From contig CAWBMP010000002.1 in the NCBI GenBank assembly GCA_963790025.1, positions 224,001 to 288,000 of the forward strand: a stretch of 64,000 nt of DNA, read 5' to 3'. Under the pieces are notes generated by a model. The model searched no databases, was not told where the DNA came from, and saw only the letters and a list, made by a program, of their open reading frames with translations. The first letter of the stretch is position 1; the number at the start of each line of letters is the position of its first letter. Origin of the DNA: Nitrospirota bacterium (GTDB taxonomy: Bacteria; Nitrospirota; Thermodesulfovibrionia; Thermodesulfovibrionales; Dissulfurispiraceae). Positions 48,614 through 57,024 of this stretch are shown one piece after another. Position numbers and translations under genes: made by a program.

Positions 48614-48702
48614 AAAGGCTAAAGGGTTAAAAAAAAAGATTAAGAAGAGTCATTTTAAGTTTTGGTCTTCACCTTTTGCTTTTTCACCTTTAGCCTTTAG
48701 CC
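48614..48702. repeat. Heptamer-like arrays in inverted orientation between convergent genes
   Basis: AAAGGCTAAAGGGTTAAAA ... TTCACCT-TTTGCTT-TTTCACCT-TTAGCCT-TTAGCCC. Confidence 0.55.
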
Positions 48703-48707
48703 CGTTT

Positions 48708-50363
48708 TTACTTATCCAATGTCATCTGTATGTAGTGGCAGGGGCATTCTTTGGCGCAGAGCCCGCACCCTTTGCAAAAGTCGTAGTCGAATTCGAACTT
48801 GCCGGTTGCAGGGTCTTTCTTCACTGCATTGTCAGGGCAGTACATCAGGCAGTTATTGCACTGGAAGCAGAGACCGCAGCTGAAGCATCGGCCAGCCTCT
48901 TTGATGATCTCCGCATGTTCAAAAGGAGTATATATCTCAGTGAAGTTCTTCAACCTCACATGCACCGGCACCGCTTCCTTTTCGAAGCGCTTCGCTTCGC
49001 GATAGTAATATGTGTTTAAGTCCTTGGAATAAACCACAGGAGGTCTTGAGAGTCTGCTTTCCGTATGCCCCATGATAAAGTCCTCGATGGCGGAAGCAGC
49101 GTGCAGGCCCTGCCCAATGGCCGCCGATACGGTCTCGAGTCCCATCACGGCATCGCCTCCGGCAAACACCCGGTCCATTCCGGTCATCAATTGCTCGTTC
49201 ACATCGATCCATTGATTGTCTCTTTTGTTGATCTCGAAGCCGTCGTAATCCACCGACTGCCCCGTTGCCATGATCACCATATCAGCGGGAAGGACAAATT
49301 CCGATCCCGGGATAGGCACCGGTCTTGCGCGGCCTGAGGCATCAGCTTCTTTCAGCTCCATGCGCACGCAAAGTATGCCGATCACGTGGTTTTCGTCCGT
49401 TATGATCTTCACCGGGTTGGTGTGGTAACGGAACATGATCCGCTCTTCCATCGCCTCGTCTATTTCGGCAGAAATGGCCGGCATCTCGGTCCGGGTGCGG
49501 CGGTAGATAACACTCACATTTCCTCCAAGTCGCTTCGCTACCCTGGCACAGTCCATTGCAGTATTGCCGCCGCCGACAACAACAACGTCCCTTCCCACAT
49601 CCATCTTCTTACCGCTGTTGACCTCTCTCAAAAAGTTGATCCCCGTGAAGACATTCTGTGCGTCCTCACCAGGGATGTTCGTGGATATGCCTTTCTGGGC
49701 GCCAAGTCCCAGGAATACCGCGTCATACTCTCCGGTCAACTCATCGAGCGGTATGTTGACGCCTACGCGCACGTTGCATTCAAGCTCGATCCCGAGCTTC
49801 ATTATGGCCCCGATCTCGCGGTCCAAAACCTCTTTCGGCAGGCGGTATTCCGGAATGCCCCAGCGCATCATGCCGCCGGCCTCTTCCCCGGATTCGAAGA
49901 TCTTTACCCTGAACCCCCTTTTTGCGAGGTGAAAAGCGCACGACAGACCGGCAGGGCCTGAGCCCACTACGGCCACCTTCTCCTTCCTCACTGATGTAAT
50001 GATCTTCTTATGCCCGAGGCGTTTTTCCAAACCGTAATCGCCGATGCTCCGCTCCACGCAGTTAATAGACAACGGGGAATCGAAGTCACGCCGGTTGCAC
50101 TCCGATTCGCAAAACCCCGGGCAAACCCTGCCGCAGACTGCAGGCAAAGGGTTTGTCCGTGTGAGTACATGCCAAGCCTCCTCAAAGTCATGACTTTGTA
50201 CCAGCGTCCCGAGAAATCCCCGGATGTCATTGCCGGCCGGACACCGGTGTGTGCACGGCGGGGTCTGCTGAATGTTTACAGGCATCATGGTACGCCACGA
50301 GCCTGTCTTGTAAGGAACTACTTTTCTTAATTCCAGGGCCAACCCTAAAGGTAACTTTTCCAT
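48708..50363 (-). CDS. GltD-like FAD/NADP(H) oxidoreductase embedded in a PorD-like ferredoxin subunit
   Basis: N-terminal KTGSWR..P; PPCTHRCPAG...CGRVCP..CE..CNR; GSGPAG; GGGNTAMD...YRRT; C-terminal CFQCNNCLMYCPD...DYDFCKGCGLCAKECP. Confidence 0.85.
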   Translation of the reverse strand: MEKLPLGLALELRKVVPYKTGSWRTMMPVNIQQTPPCTHRCPAGNDIRGFLGTLVQSHDFEEAWHVLTRTNPLPAVCGRVCPGFCESECNRRDFDSPLSINCVERSIGDYGLEKRLGHKKIITSVRKEKVAVVGSGPAGLSCAFHLAKRGFRVKIFESGEEAGGMMRWGIPEYRLPKEVLDREIGAIMKLGIELECNVRVGVNIPLDELTGEYDAVFLGLGAQKGISTNIPGEDAQNVFTGINFLREVNSGKKMDVGRDVVVVGGGNTAMDCARVAKRLGGNVSVIYRRTRTEMPAISAEIDEAMEERIMFRYHTNPVKIITDENHVIGILCVRMELKEADASGRARPVPIPGSEFVLPADMVIMATGQSVDYDGFEINKRDNQWIDVNEQLMTGMDRVFAGGDAVMGLETVSAAIGQGLHAASAIEDFIMGHTESRLSRPPVVYSKDLNTYYYREAKRFEKEAVPVHVRLKNFTEIYTPFEHAEIIKEAGRCFSCGLCFQCNNCLMYCPDNAVKKDPATGKFEFDYDFCKGCGLCAKECPCHYIQMTLDK

Positions 50364-51259
50364 TATAGATTAAACCTCTCTATGTTCTTGTTTGCAATTT
50401 CCTGAATCTCCGCCACTGTCGCGGTGGGCGCCCCTTTCTTAAAGAGGTTCTTGAATCTGCCCTGAAGTTTCAGGTACTCCTCGACCGGTTTCTTCAAAGG
50501 CACCTTCTGGACATTGGTCACTTTGCCGTCCCTGATCTCAAAAATCGGGAAAAGGCAGGTTTGCCTCGCCAGCCTGCAAATCTGTATGGTGAGCTCGCCG
50601 GGATGGGCCCAGCCCAATGGACACGGGGCCAGAATATGCAGGTATTTGGGTCCCTGGATCGAGAGGGCCGTCTTTACTTTCCGCTGTACGTCACGGTAAT
50701 CATCCACTGAAGCGGTCGCAACATACGGTATGCCGTGGTCGGCGGCTATCATGGGCATGTTCTTCTTGCCGGTCCTGTTCCCTCCGGGAGTCGTAGTCGT
50801 CTTTGCCCCGAACGGCGTGAAGCTCGACCGCTGCACTCCCGTATTCATGTAAGCCTCGTTGTCGTAGCATACATATAAAATGTTGTGTCCCCTTTCGAAC
50901 ATGCCGCTGATGCTCTGAAATCCTATATCTGCGGTGCTTCCGTCTCCGCCCTGGGCTATTATGTTGATCGGTCCCTTGTTAAGCGACCTGAACGCAGCGT
51001 CGACACCCGAGGCGACTGCGGCAGCATTCTCGAAAAGACTATGCAAAAAAGGAATGCGCCATGCAGGGTCTGGGTATGGCGAACTGAATACCTCCAGACA
51101 GCCGGTGGCCACACATGCAACGGTGTTCTCCCCCGAAGCATCCGCAACAAGGCGGGCCGCCAAGGCCTGCCCGCAGCCGCCGCATGCACGGTGGCCGCTT
51201 GCAAGGAGGTTTTTCTTCTCCACTTTATCAATATCTATATTTTTTTCTTCCTGTATCAT
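50363..51259 (-). CDS. porB: Pyruvate/2-oxoacid:ferredoxin oxidoreductase beta subunit
   Basis: GHRACGGCG, ATGCLEV, GGDG...DIG, DNEAYMNTGVQRS, APCPLGW. Confidence 0.92.
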   Translation of the reverse strand: MIQEEKNIDIDKVEKKNLLASGHRACGGCGQALAARLVADASGENTVACVATGCLEVFSSPYPDPAWRIPFLHSLFENAAAVASGVDAAFRSLNKGPINIIAQGGDGSTADIGFQSISGMFERGHNILYVCYDNEAYMNTGVQRSSFTPFGAKTTTTPGGNRTGKKNMPMIAADHGIPYVATASVDDYRDVQRKVKTALSIQGPKYLHILAPCPLGWAHPGELTIQICRLARQTCLFPIFEIRDGKVTNVQKVPLKKPVEEYLKLQGRFKNLFKKGAPTATVAEIQEIANKNIERFNL

Positions 51260-52431
51260 AGGTCTCTCTCCGCGATGATTTCTTTTTTCAGTCCGAGGAA
51301 TCCAAGCTCGACCGGCTCCTTTTCCACTTTTTCCACCATGTATCTAAGGTCGTCCAGCGAGATGTTCCTGCCTCCCAGTCCCGCAATAAAACTGCTTATG
51401 TAACGTTTAGTCTGCTCTGACCTCGGAAAAGACCAACGTATGTCGCTTGCGAGGATCCCGCCTCTGCCCAACGAGACCGCCTTCTCAAGCACAACAATGT
51501 TACTTTTCCCCTTGAGTGCCTCATAAACCGCCTGCCTCGGGAAAGGGCGGAACGAGCAGATCTGAAGGAGTCCCACTTTTTTACCCTCACTTTCCATGAC
51601 ATCGATCAGGTCTTTGATGCTGCCGACCACCGAGCCCATGGCGACGATCACCACATCCGCATTGTCAAGCTTGTAAGTCTTAAACAGGCCGCCGCTCTCT
51701 CTGCCGAATTTCTTTGCAAAGTCGGCGCTCACCTTTTTGATGACTTCTTCGGATTTCTCGAGCGCGCGATGGAGGGTATACCTGACTTCCATATAAAACC
51801 GCGGGTCGGCGAACAATCCGATCCCCCTTGGCCATGCCGGATCCACCGAATATTTCGGCTTGAACGTAGGCAAGAAGTCGTCGATTTCCTTTTGGTCAGG
51901 GACATCAACAGGTTCAAATGCATGAGTAAGTATAAAGCCGTCCATGCAGACCATTACCGGCAGGGAAGTCTGCTCAGCTATTTTAAAAGCCTGGATATGC
52001 AGGTCCGCCGCCTCCTGGTTGTCTTCAGCGTGGAGCTGCAGCCACCCGGCATCCCTTACCGACATCGAATCCTGGTGGTCGTTCCAGATACTCAGCGGAG
52101 CGGATATGGCCCGGTTGGCGCACGTCAGCACGATCGGCAGGCGCATTCCCGCTATGCAGTAAATCACTTCGGTCATAAGGAGCAGACCCTGCGAAGTAGT
52201 CGCCGTATATGTACGGGCACCCGCTGCACTAGCACCGAGAACAACCGATGCGGCGGAGAATTCGCTCTCCACATTGATGAATTCCGTCTTCAGGTGCCCC
52301 TGGTTCACAAGGTCAGCAAGCCTTTCCACTATATGAGTCTGCGGGGTGATCGGGTATGCCGATATAACATTTGGACGGCACAGTGCCACCACATCCGCAA
52401 CAGCATGTGATCCTTCAATTTGTTTAAGCAT
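51256..52431 (-). CDS. porA: Pyruvate/2-oxoacid:ferredoxin oxidoreductase alpha subunit
   Basis: AYPITPQT, VESEFSA, TATTSQGL, NRAISAPLSIWNDHQD, DGFILTH, GLGGR. Confidence 0.93.
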   Translation of the reverse strand: MLKQIEGSHAVADVVALCRPNVISAYPITPQTHIVERLADLVNQGHLKTEFINVESEFSAASVVLGASAAGARTYTATTSQGLLLMTEVIYCIAGMRLPIVLTCANRAISAPLSIWNDHQDSMSVRDAGWLQLHAEDNQEAADLHIQAFKIAEQTSLPVMVCMDGFILTHAFEPVDVPDQKEIDDFLPTFKPKYSVDPAWPRGIGLFADPRFYMEVRYTLHRALEKSEEVIKKVSADFAKKFGRESGGLFKTYKLDNADVVIVAMGSVVGSIKDLIDVMESEGKKVGLLQICSFRPFPRQAVYEALKGKSNIVVLEKAVSLGRGGILASDIRWSFPRSEQTKRYISSFIAGLGGRNISLDDLRYMVEKVEKEPVELGFLGLKKEIIAERDL

Positions 52432-52984
52432 TTAGCTTCCTCTTTTCGATGATTTCGTGCGCCCTTTCGAGGGCAGCGACATTGTTAGCACCGATATTGC
52501 CCGGAAATTTCTCCACAATGGCCCGCTGAACAGCCTCAAGACTTACAATCCCCGTAAGGCTGCAGAAGGCCCCGATCATTATAGCATTGGGAATAGGCCG
52601 TCCAATGATCTCAAGGGCGATCTCTGTTGCAGGTATAGTCTGTACCGTAGCAGTTGTCTTAAGCCTCAACTCCTCGGGAGACTTTTCTGTATTGACAAGA
52701 ATAAAGCCATTCGGCTTCAAACCCTCCAGCACAGGCACTGTGCTCATCAGATTGGAGTCCTGCACGATCAGATAGTCCGGGGTCCGGACCTCCTCCCTCG
52801 ACCTTATCTTTTTGGTGTCAATCCTTACAAACGCCTGCACAGGAGCTCCAACCCGCTCCGCCCCGAAAGCGGGAAAAGCCTGTGCAAACTTACCGTCGTG
52901 GAACGCTGCAACTGCCAGAAGTTCCGCTGCGGCCACATTCCCCTGTCCTCCGCGTCCGTGTATTCTTATTTCAATCATTCCCAT
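52424..52984 (-). CDS. porC: Pyruvate/2-oxoacid:ferredoxin oxidoreductase gamma subunit
   Basis: EIRIHGRGGQG, QAFPAFGAERVGAPVQAFVRI, GRPIPN. Confidence 0.93.
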   Translation of the reverse strand: MGMIEIRIHGRGGQGNVAAAELLAVAAFHDGKFAQAFPAFGAERVGAPVQAFVRIDTKKIRSREEVRTPDYLIVQDSNLMSTVPVLEGLKPNGFILVNTEKSPEELRLKTTATVQTIPATEIALEIIGRPIPNAIMIGAFCSLTGIVSLEAVQRAIVEKFPGNIGANNVAALERAHEIIEKRKLNA

Positions 52985-53156
52985 CTCCTATACATAAAGA
53001 TTTGACCGATTATCTGAATTCCTAAAGACCATCCAACTCATAAAAGTATAAAATACAACTATAATAAAAAGCCAAGCATAAATGTTATCGGATTTTGTCT
53101 GATAGTGCTTGTCAGGCGATCCAAGGCGTCATCATTATATTATTAAGGATTTAGTA

Positions 53157-53172
53157 AGCAAAGGATGTGCCA
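53157..53172 (-). promoter_or_regulatory. Sigma54 (-24/-12) promoter of the por operon
   Basis: Minus strand reads TGGCAC-ATCCT-TTGCT, an exact match to TGGCAC-N5-TTGCW, ~170 nt upstream of porC. Confidence 0.75.
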
Positions 53173-53238
53173 GGCACTGGAAAGCATATATTCAATTGTT
53201 TTCAGGTATTTTATAGGCATCGGACCGTTGGGTGAAGA

Positions 53239-53342
53239 TATAACAAAAATTATAGACTGACGGGCTTGAATAATATTATGCTTAATCTGCAAGCAGATAG
53301 GGATGCTATAACAAAAATTATGGATATAACTTTTTTTATAGC
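53239..53342. promoter_or_regulatory. Three copies of quasi-palindromic TATAAC-N5-TTATRG (candidate activator-binding sites)
   Basis: TATAACAAAAATTATAG (53239), TATAACAAAAATTATGG (53307) and TATAACTTTTTTTATAG (53325), all upstream of the sigma54 site. Confidence 0.55.
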
Positions 53343-53454
53343 AATCTGTCTTTTGATCCCGCCTACAATCACCGCTGAATTATCAGGACCAGAGAATATG
53401 GGTTAAAATTATCAGACAGGTAAAATTTTCCCTATTTCTTGAAAACATCCGATC

Positions 53455-54645
53455 TTATTGCTGGCGTGGTTCGTCTGTTACAGACAGCGATTTGCTGCGT
53501 GCTGCATTTATCTTGTTACCCGCTATCTCCATTATTGTGACAAGGACCAGGATGCACACTACCTGCGACAGAAGAATAACAGCCGACCATGTATCGGCAG
53601 TTCTTAAAAGGAGCGCATTCAGTCCCAGCGAGAACGACAACAGGTATATGAACAGGACACTATTTCTCTTGCTGTGCAGCAAATATTCCATCCTGTGGTG
53701 CAAATGGTCTTTTCCCACATAGTCCAGCCATTCTTTTATGTTGTGCACTTTACCTGTTGTAAACCTGTTCACAGTAACATAGATCATATCGTAGATAAAG
53801 ACTGAAAATATCAGGATAGGGGTTATAAGGGAGGATATAATACTCCTTTCCGACCACACCCCCATGACCGCAATCGAGGAGAGGGTGAACCCAAGGAAAT
53901 TGCTGCCCGAGTCCCCCAGGAATATCTCGGCTGGTTTCCTTGGCCCGAAATTATAGGGGAGGAAGCCTATGCAGGCCCCCATAACTGCAATAGCCAGCCA
54001 GCCAAGAAACGGTTGGTTGGTCTGAAACGCCACCACGCCTATAAAAAATGATGCAAGTATAGATAGCCCTGTTGCAAGGCCGTCCATTCCATCGAAGAAG
54101 TTCATGGAATTTGTCAAACCGATTATCCAGAGGTATGTAATAAGAGAGTTCAGGAATATGCCTAACAACGTCTGCCTGAATATAATGACGGATATACCGT
54201 TCACCAGCAATATAGTGACTGCAAGGAACTGGAACAGCAACCGTGTACTTGCAGACAGTTTCCTAATATCGTCGAGGATGCCTGAAATGAAGACCACGGA
54301 GGCCGCGACAATTATTGCAAGGACCGGGTTCGACATGGTAGCGTTGCTTTTTACAGAAATAATGAAAGCAAGGAATATCCCGATACCACCCATTAAGGGC
54401 ACCGCATTGCTGTGCACTTTTCGCGCATCGGGTAAGTCCAGAATGCGATATTTAAATGCCAGGGACTTGACCACAGAGGTCGCTATAAAGGCGAACGACG
54501 AGGATAAGAGCAGCATGTGGAGCCACCTGATGCCTCCAATGATATGGAACCATGTCCTGACTGGCGGAAGAGCCAAGATCACAAAAGCTACAACGGTGAT
54601 ACAAAGTATCACAGACCTTTTTCTACTATGCCCTGTCATGCTCAA
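53455..54645 (-). CDS. MraY/WecA/TagO-family undecaprenyl-phosphate HexNAc-1-phosphate transferase
   Basis: D.P.ARKVH...VPLMGG, GILDD, NSMNFFDGMDGL, IFLGDSGS, DHLHHR. Confidence 0.9.
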   Translation of the reverse strand: MSMTGHSRKRSVILCITVVAFVILALPPVRTWFHIIGGIRWLHMLLLSSSFAFIATSVVKSLAFKYRILDLPDARKVHSNAVPLMGGIGIFLAFIISVKSNATMSNPVLAIIVAASVVFISGILDDIRKLSASTRLLFQFLAVTILLVNGISVIIFRQTLLGIFLNSLITYLWIIGLTNSMNFFDGMDGLATGLSILASFFIGVVAFQTNQPFLGWLAIAVMGACIGFLPYNFGPRKPAEIFLGDSGSNFLGFTLSSIAVMGVWSERSIISSLITPILIFSVFIYDMIYVTVNRFTTGKVHNIKEWLDYVGKDHLHHRMEYLLHSKRNSVLFIYLLSFSLGLNALLLRTADTWSAVILLSQVVCILVLVTIMEIAGNKINAARSKSLSVTDEPRQQ

Positions 54646-55717
54646 ATCCCTTCATGACTATCTTCGTACCCGCTATTATCCTCCCGATCAAGTCTTCGCT
54701 CAGAGAGGGATAGATAGGCAACGATACGGCTTTTTCCCATATATGCTCTGCATGAGGAAGAATACGGTGTCCTGTGATCCTGTGAACAGGCATGAATACC
54801 GGCCTTCTGCACAGGATGCCTTTCCTGTGCATCCCCTGAATAAATCTGTCTGCCGCGTCCGTTTTTATGACAAACCGGAAAAAAATATTCCCCGCAGGAT
54901 CATCTTTTCCGGGAATGGAGAAGGGCAGTCCATCCATACCGCGCATATATTTCTTTGCAATCCATCTCCTTTTTTTTATAAATTCAGGGAGCCTTTTCAA
55001 CTGGCTTATGCCCAGAGCAGCCTGAAAGTCGGTCATCTTGTAATTAAACCTTAAGGTGTTGTCCCCTTTTTGATCATACTCTCTCAGGTCCCTTGCGCGT
55101 CTCAGCAGCTCTTTTGAATTCGAGACGATCATTCCTCCTTCGCCTGTTGTCATGACCTTTGTTGCATAGAAAGAAAATACAGAAATCTCTCCGAACGAGC
55201 CCACCTTCCTGCCTTTATACTCGGCGCCCACCGACAAAGCGCAGTCTTCAATTATCGGGATTGAATATCTTTTTGATAGATCCATAAAGTCGTCCAGATT
55301 CACAGGTTTACCGAAAAGGTGGACAATTATTATCGCCTTGACCCGCCGGCTTTTTGTTTTCAGCTTCAGATACCTTTCGACCCATTCCGCATCTATGTCC
55401 CATCCATCGTTTGCGCAATCTGCCAGGACAGGCCTTGCACCTGTATACCTCACCGCGTTGCAGGGGGCAATACAGGAATAGGATGGTATAATGACACTGT
55501 CACCGCTTCCAACCCCCAGTGCAAGAAGGGCCGCGTGAATAGCGGCTGTGCCGCTGCTTACCGCAACTCCCCCTTTTACCCCGTTGTATTCTGAAAAGGC
55601 ATCTTCAAATTCTTTTACCACACTACCCTGCGCAATCAGGCCGCTTCTGAATACCGAGGAGACTGCTTTAATATCTCTGTATCCAATAGTAGGTCTCGAA
55701 TGGGGTATCATCTTCAT
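54626..55717 (-). CDS. DegT/DnrJ/EryC1/StrS PLP-dependent sugar aminotransferase
   Basis: VSSGTAAIH, IIEDCA, FSFYATKVMTTGEGG, NYKMTDFQAALG, SLPIYP. Confidence 0.92.
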   Translation of the reverse strand: MKMIPHSRPTIGYRDIKAVSSVFRSGLIAQGSVVKEFEDAFSEYNGVKGGVAVSSGTAAIHAALLALGVGSGDSVIIPSYSCIAPCNAVRYTGARPVLADCANDGWDIDAEWVERYLKLKTKSRRVKAIIIVHLFGKPVNLDDFMDLSKRYSIPIIEDCALSVGAEYKGRKVGSFGEISVFSFYATKVMTTGEGGMIVSNSKELLRRARDLREYDQKGDNTLRFNYKMTDFQAALGISQLKRLPEFIKKRRWIAKKYMRGMDGLPFSIPGKDDPAGNIFFRFVIKTDAADRFIQGMHRKGILCRRPVFMPVHRITGHRILPHAEHIWEKAVSLPIYPSLSEDLIGRIIAGTKIVMKGFEHDRA

Positions 55718-56331
55718 ATGCTTATAAAGAGCCTCAGGGGATGAAATCCCTCGGCGTAATTGACCCTGCCCTGGGTCCCCCTGAAATGGCCGGCCGACCT
55801 GGCAATCTCTGAAATGGAGAGCCCCTGCACGTTAGTCTTGTCAACCTGGGAGGAGTGGGCATTCAACGCCTTTAATTTTCTGTTCATGAATTGCGATATG
55901 TCCATAAACACGGTTGGACAAAAATCAATGGATGTCGGCACTTCATAGAATAGGACATTCCGCGAGTTTCTGGTCGCTGAGATTACTGCCTCTGCAAGGG
56001 ACCTGTGGTCCTGATGAGTGTCTCTGGGATAGTTTGTAAATACGAAAGCCGGTTTTATTTTCTTTAAGACAACCTCTATACCGCTGATCAATTCCTGTAT
56101 ATTGTAACCCAGACTGGTGTCCTTGAATCCTCCCCAGAATATCCCGTCCACCTTCATTATTTTTGCGGCTAGCTCCTGCTCCCTTCGCCTGATATCTGCA
56201 TCCCCTCCGAAAGAGCCGTCGGACATTATCATGACGTAAACTTTCGCTCCACTCTGCTTGTATCTCATTATAGCACCCGCACACCCTATCTCTATGTCGT
56301 CAGGATGCGCTCCTATTGCAAGTATATTCAT
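55714..56331 (-). CDS. PIG-L/LmbE family deacetylase
   Basis: AIGAHPDDIE.G, R..E, DTHQDH, H.SQ. Confidence 0.9.
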   Translation of the reverse strand: MNILAIGAHPDDIEIGCAGAIMRYKQSGAKVYVMIMSDGSFGGDADIRRREQELAAKIMKVDGIFWGGFKDTSLGYNIQELISGIEVVLKKIKPAFVFTNYPRDTHQDHRSLAEAVISATRNSRNVLFYEVPTSIDFCPTVFMDISQFMNRKLKALNAHSSQVDKTNVQGLSISEIARSAGHFRGTQGRVNYAEGFHPLRLFISI

Positions 56332-57017
56332 CTTCCGTTCTCCTTCCTCATAATTTCGATGCTCTCTTCGCCACAGTTGAAAAGCAAATCAACCACCGAC
56401 ATAAAATACTCAAACTTGCCGAATAATTGCGGATAGACAGGATGCTTGAACTCCTGAAACACCACATCTATACCTGCATCCCTGAACATATCCACATTCA
56501 TATACTTTGCTCCATCCCTGCCGGCAAGATAGGTGCCGGAACCGAGTTGTTTACATATGTCTATAAGTCTTCTGTTCGGTTCGTCGCTCAGAGGTCCCAT
56601 CTCGGAAGCGGTCAATATGCTTGTGGTTATCCCCATGGTTTCCTTTAAAAGCTTAACGCAGGCAATGTTAATATGGGACAACAACGGCCATTCCTGCATG
56701 AAAAAATTTCTTAAAATGTCAATATACCTTTCGAAGTAAGGCGCTTTTCCGTAGTTGATTTCCACTGCATGCACCATTTTCTTTCTCCAGTCGGTCCCGT
56801 TATGCACCCCCACCTCGCTGATTTTCTGCCGAAACCTGTAGTTTACAGGCACCGTAATCCACTGCCAGCCGGCTGATGTCTTAATCCTGTTTCTGTTCTG
56901 ATATTCGTTTTTTTTAAACTGCACATTATCCAGAAGCACAAAAATATCGCATCTGTCCATCTTATCAAAATAGCCGAGCCACGGCATAAACTGGGGCTGA
57001 TGTATGGCAACTATCAA
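56328..57017 (-). CDS. WbqC-like protein
   Basis: AIHQPQFMPWLGYFDK, DNVQF...YQNRNRI, YGKAPYF, Y.AG..G..Y, YPQ...SVVDLLFN. Confidence 0.92.
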   Translation of the reverse strand: MIVAIHQPQFMPWLGYFDKMDRCDIFVLLDNVQFKKNEYQNRNRIKTSAGWQWITVPVNYRFRQKISEVGVHNGTDWRKKMVHAVEINYGKAPYFERYIDILRNFFMQEWPLLSHINIACVKLLKETMGITTSILTASEMGPLSDEPNRRLIDICKQLGSGTYLAGRDGAKYMNVDMFRDAGIDVVFQEFKHPVYPQLFGKFEYFMSVVDLLFNCGEESIEIMRKENGR

Positions 57018-57024
57018 TGCTTTC

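Noticed and set aside
48708..50363. DsrL or glutamate synthase small subunit
   Set aside because: No dsr or gltB genes adjacent; the termini match PorD and the gene is coupled to porB.
54104..55054. 316-aa plus-strand ORF and other long antisense ORFs (e.g. 22339..23022, 29246..29890, 46288..46965)
   Set aside because: Fully overlap well-supported genes on the opposite strand and show no recognisable motifs.
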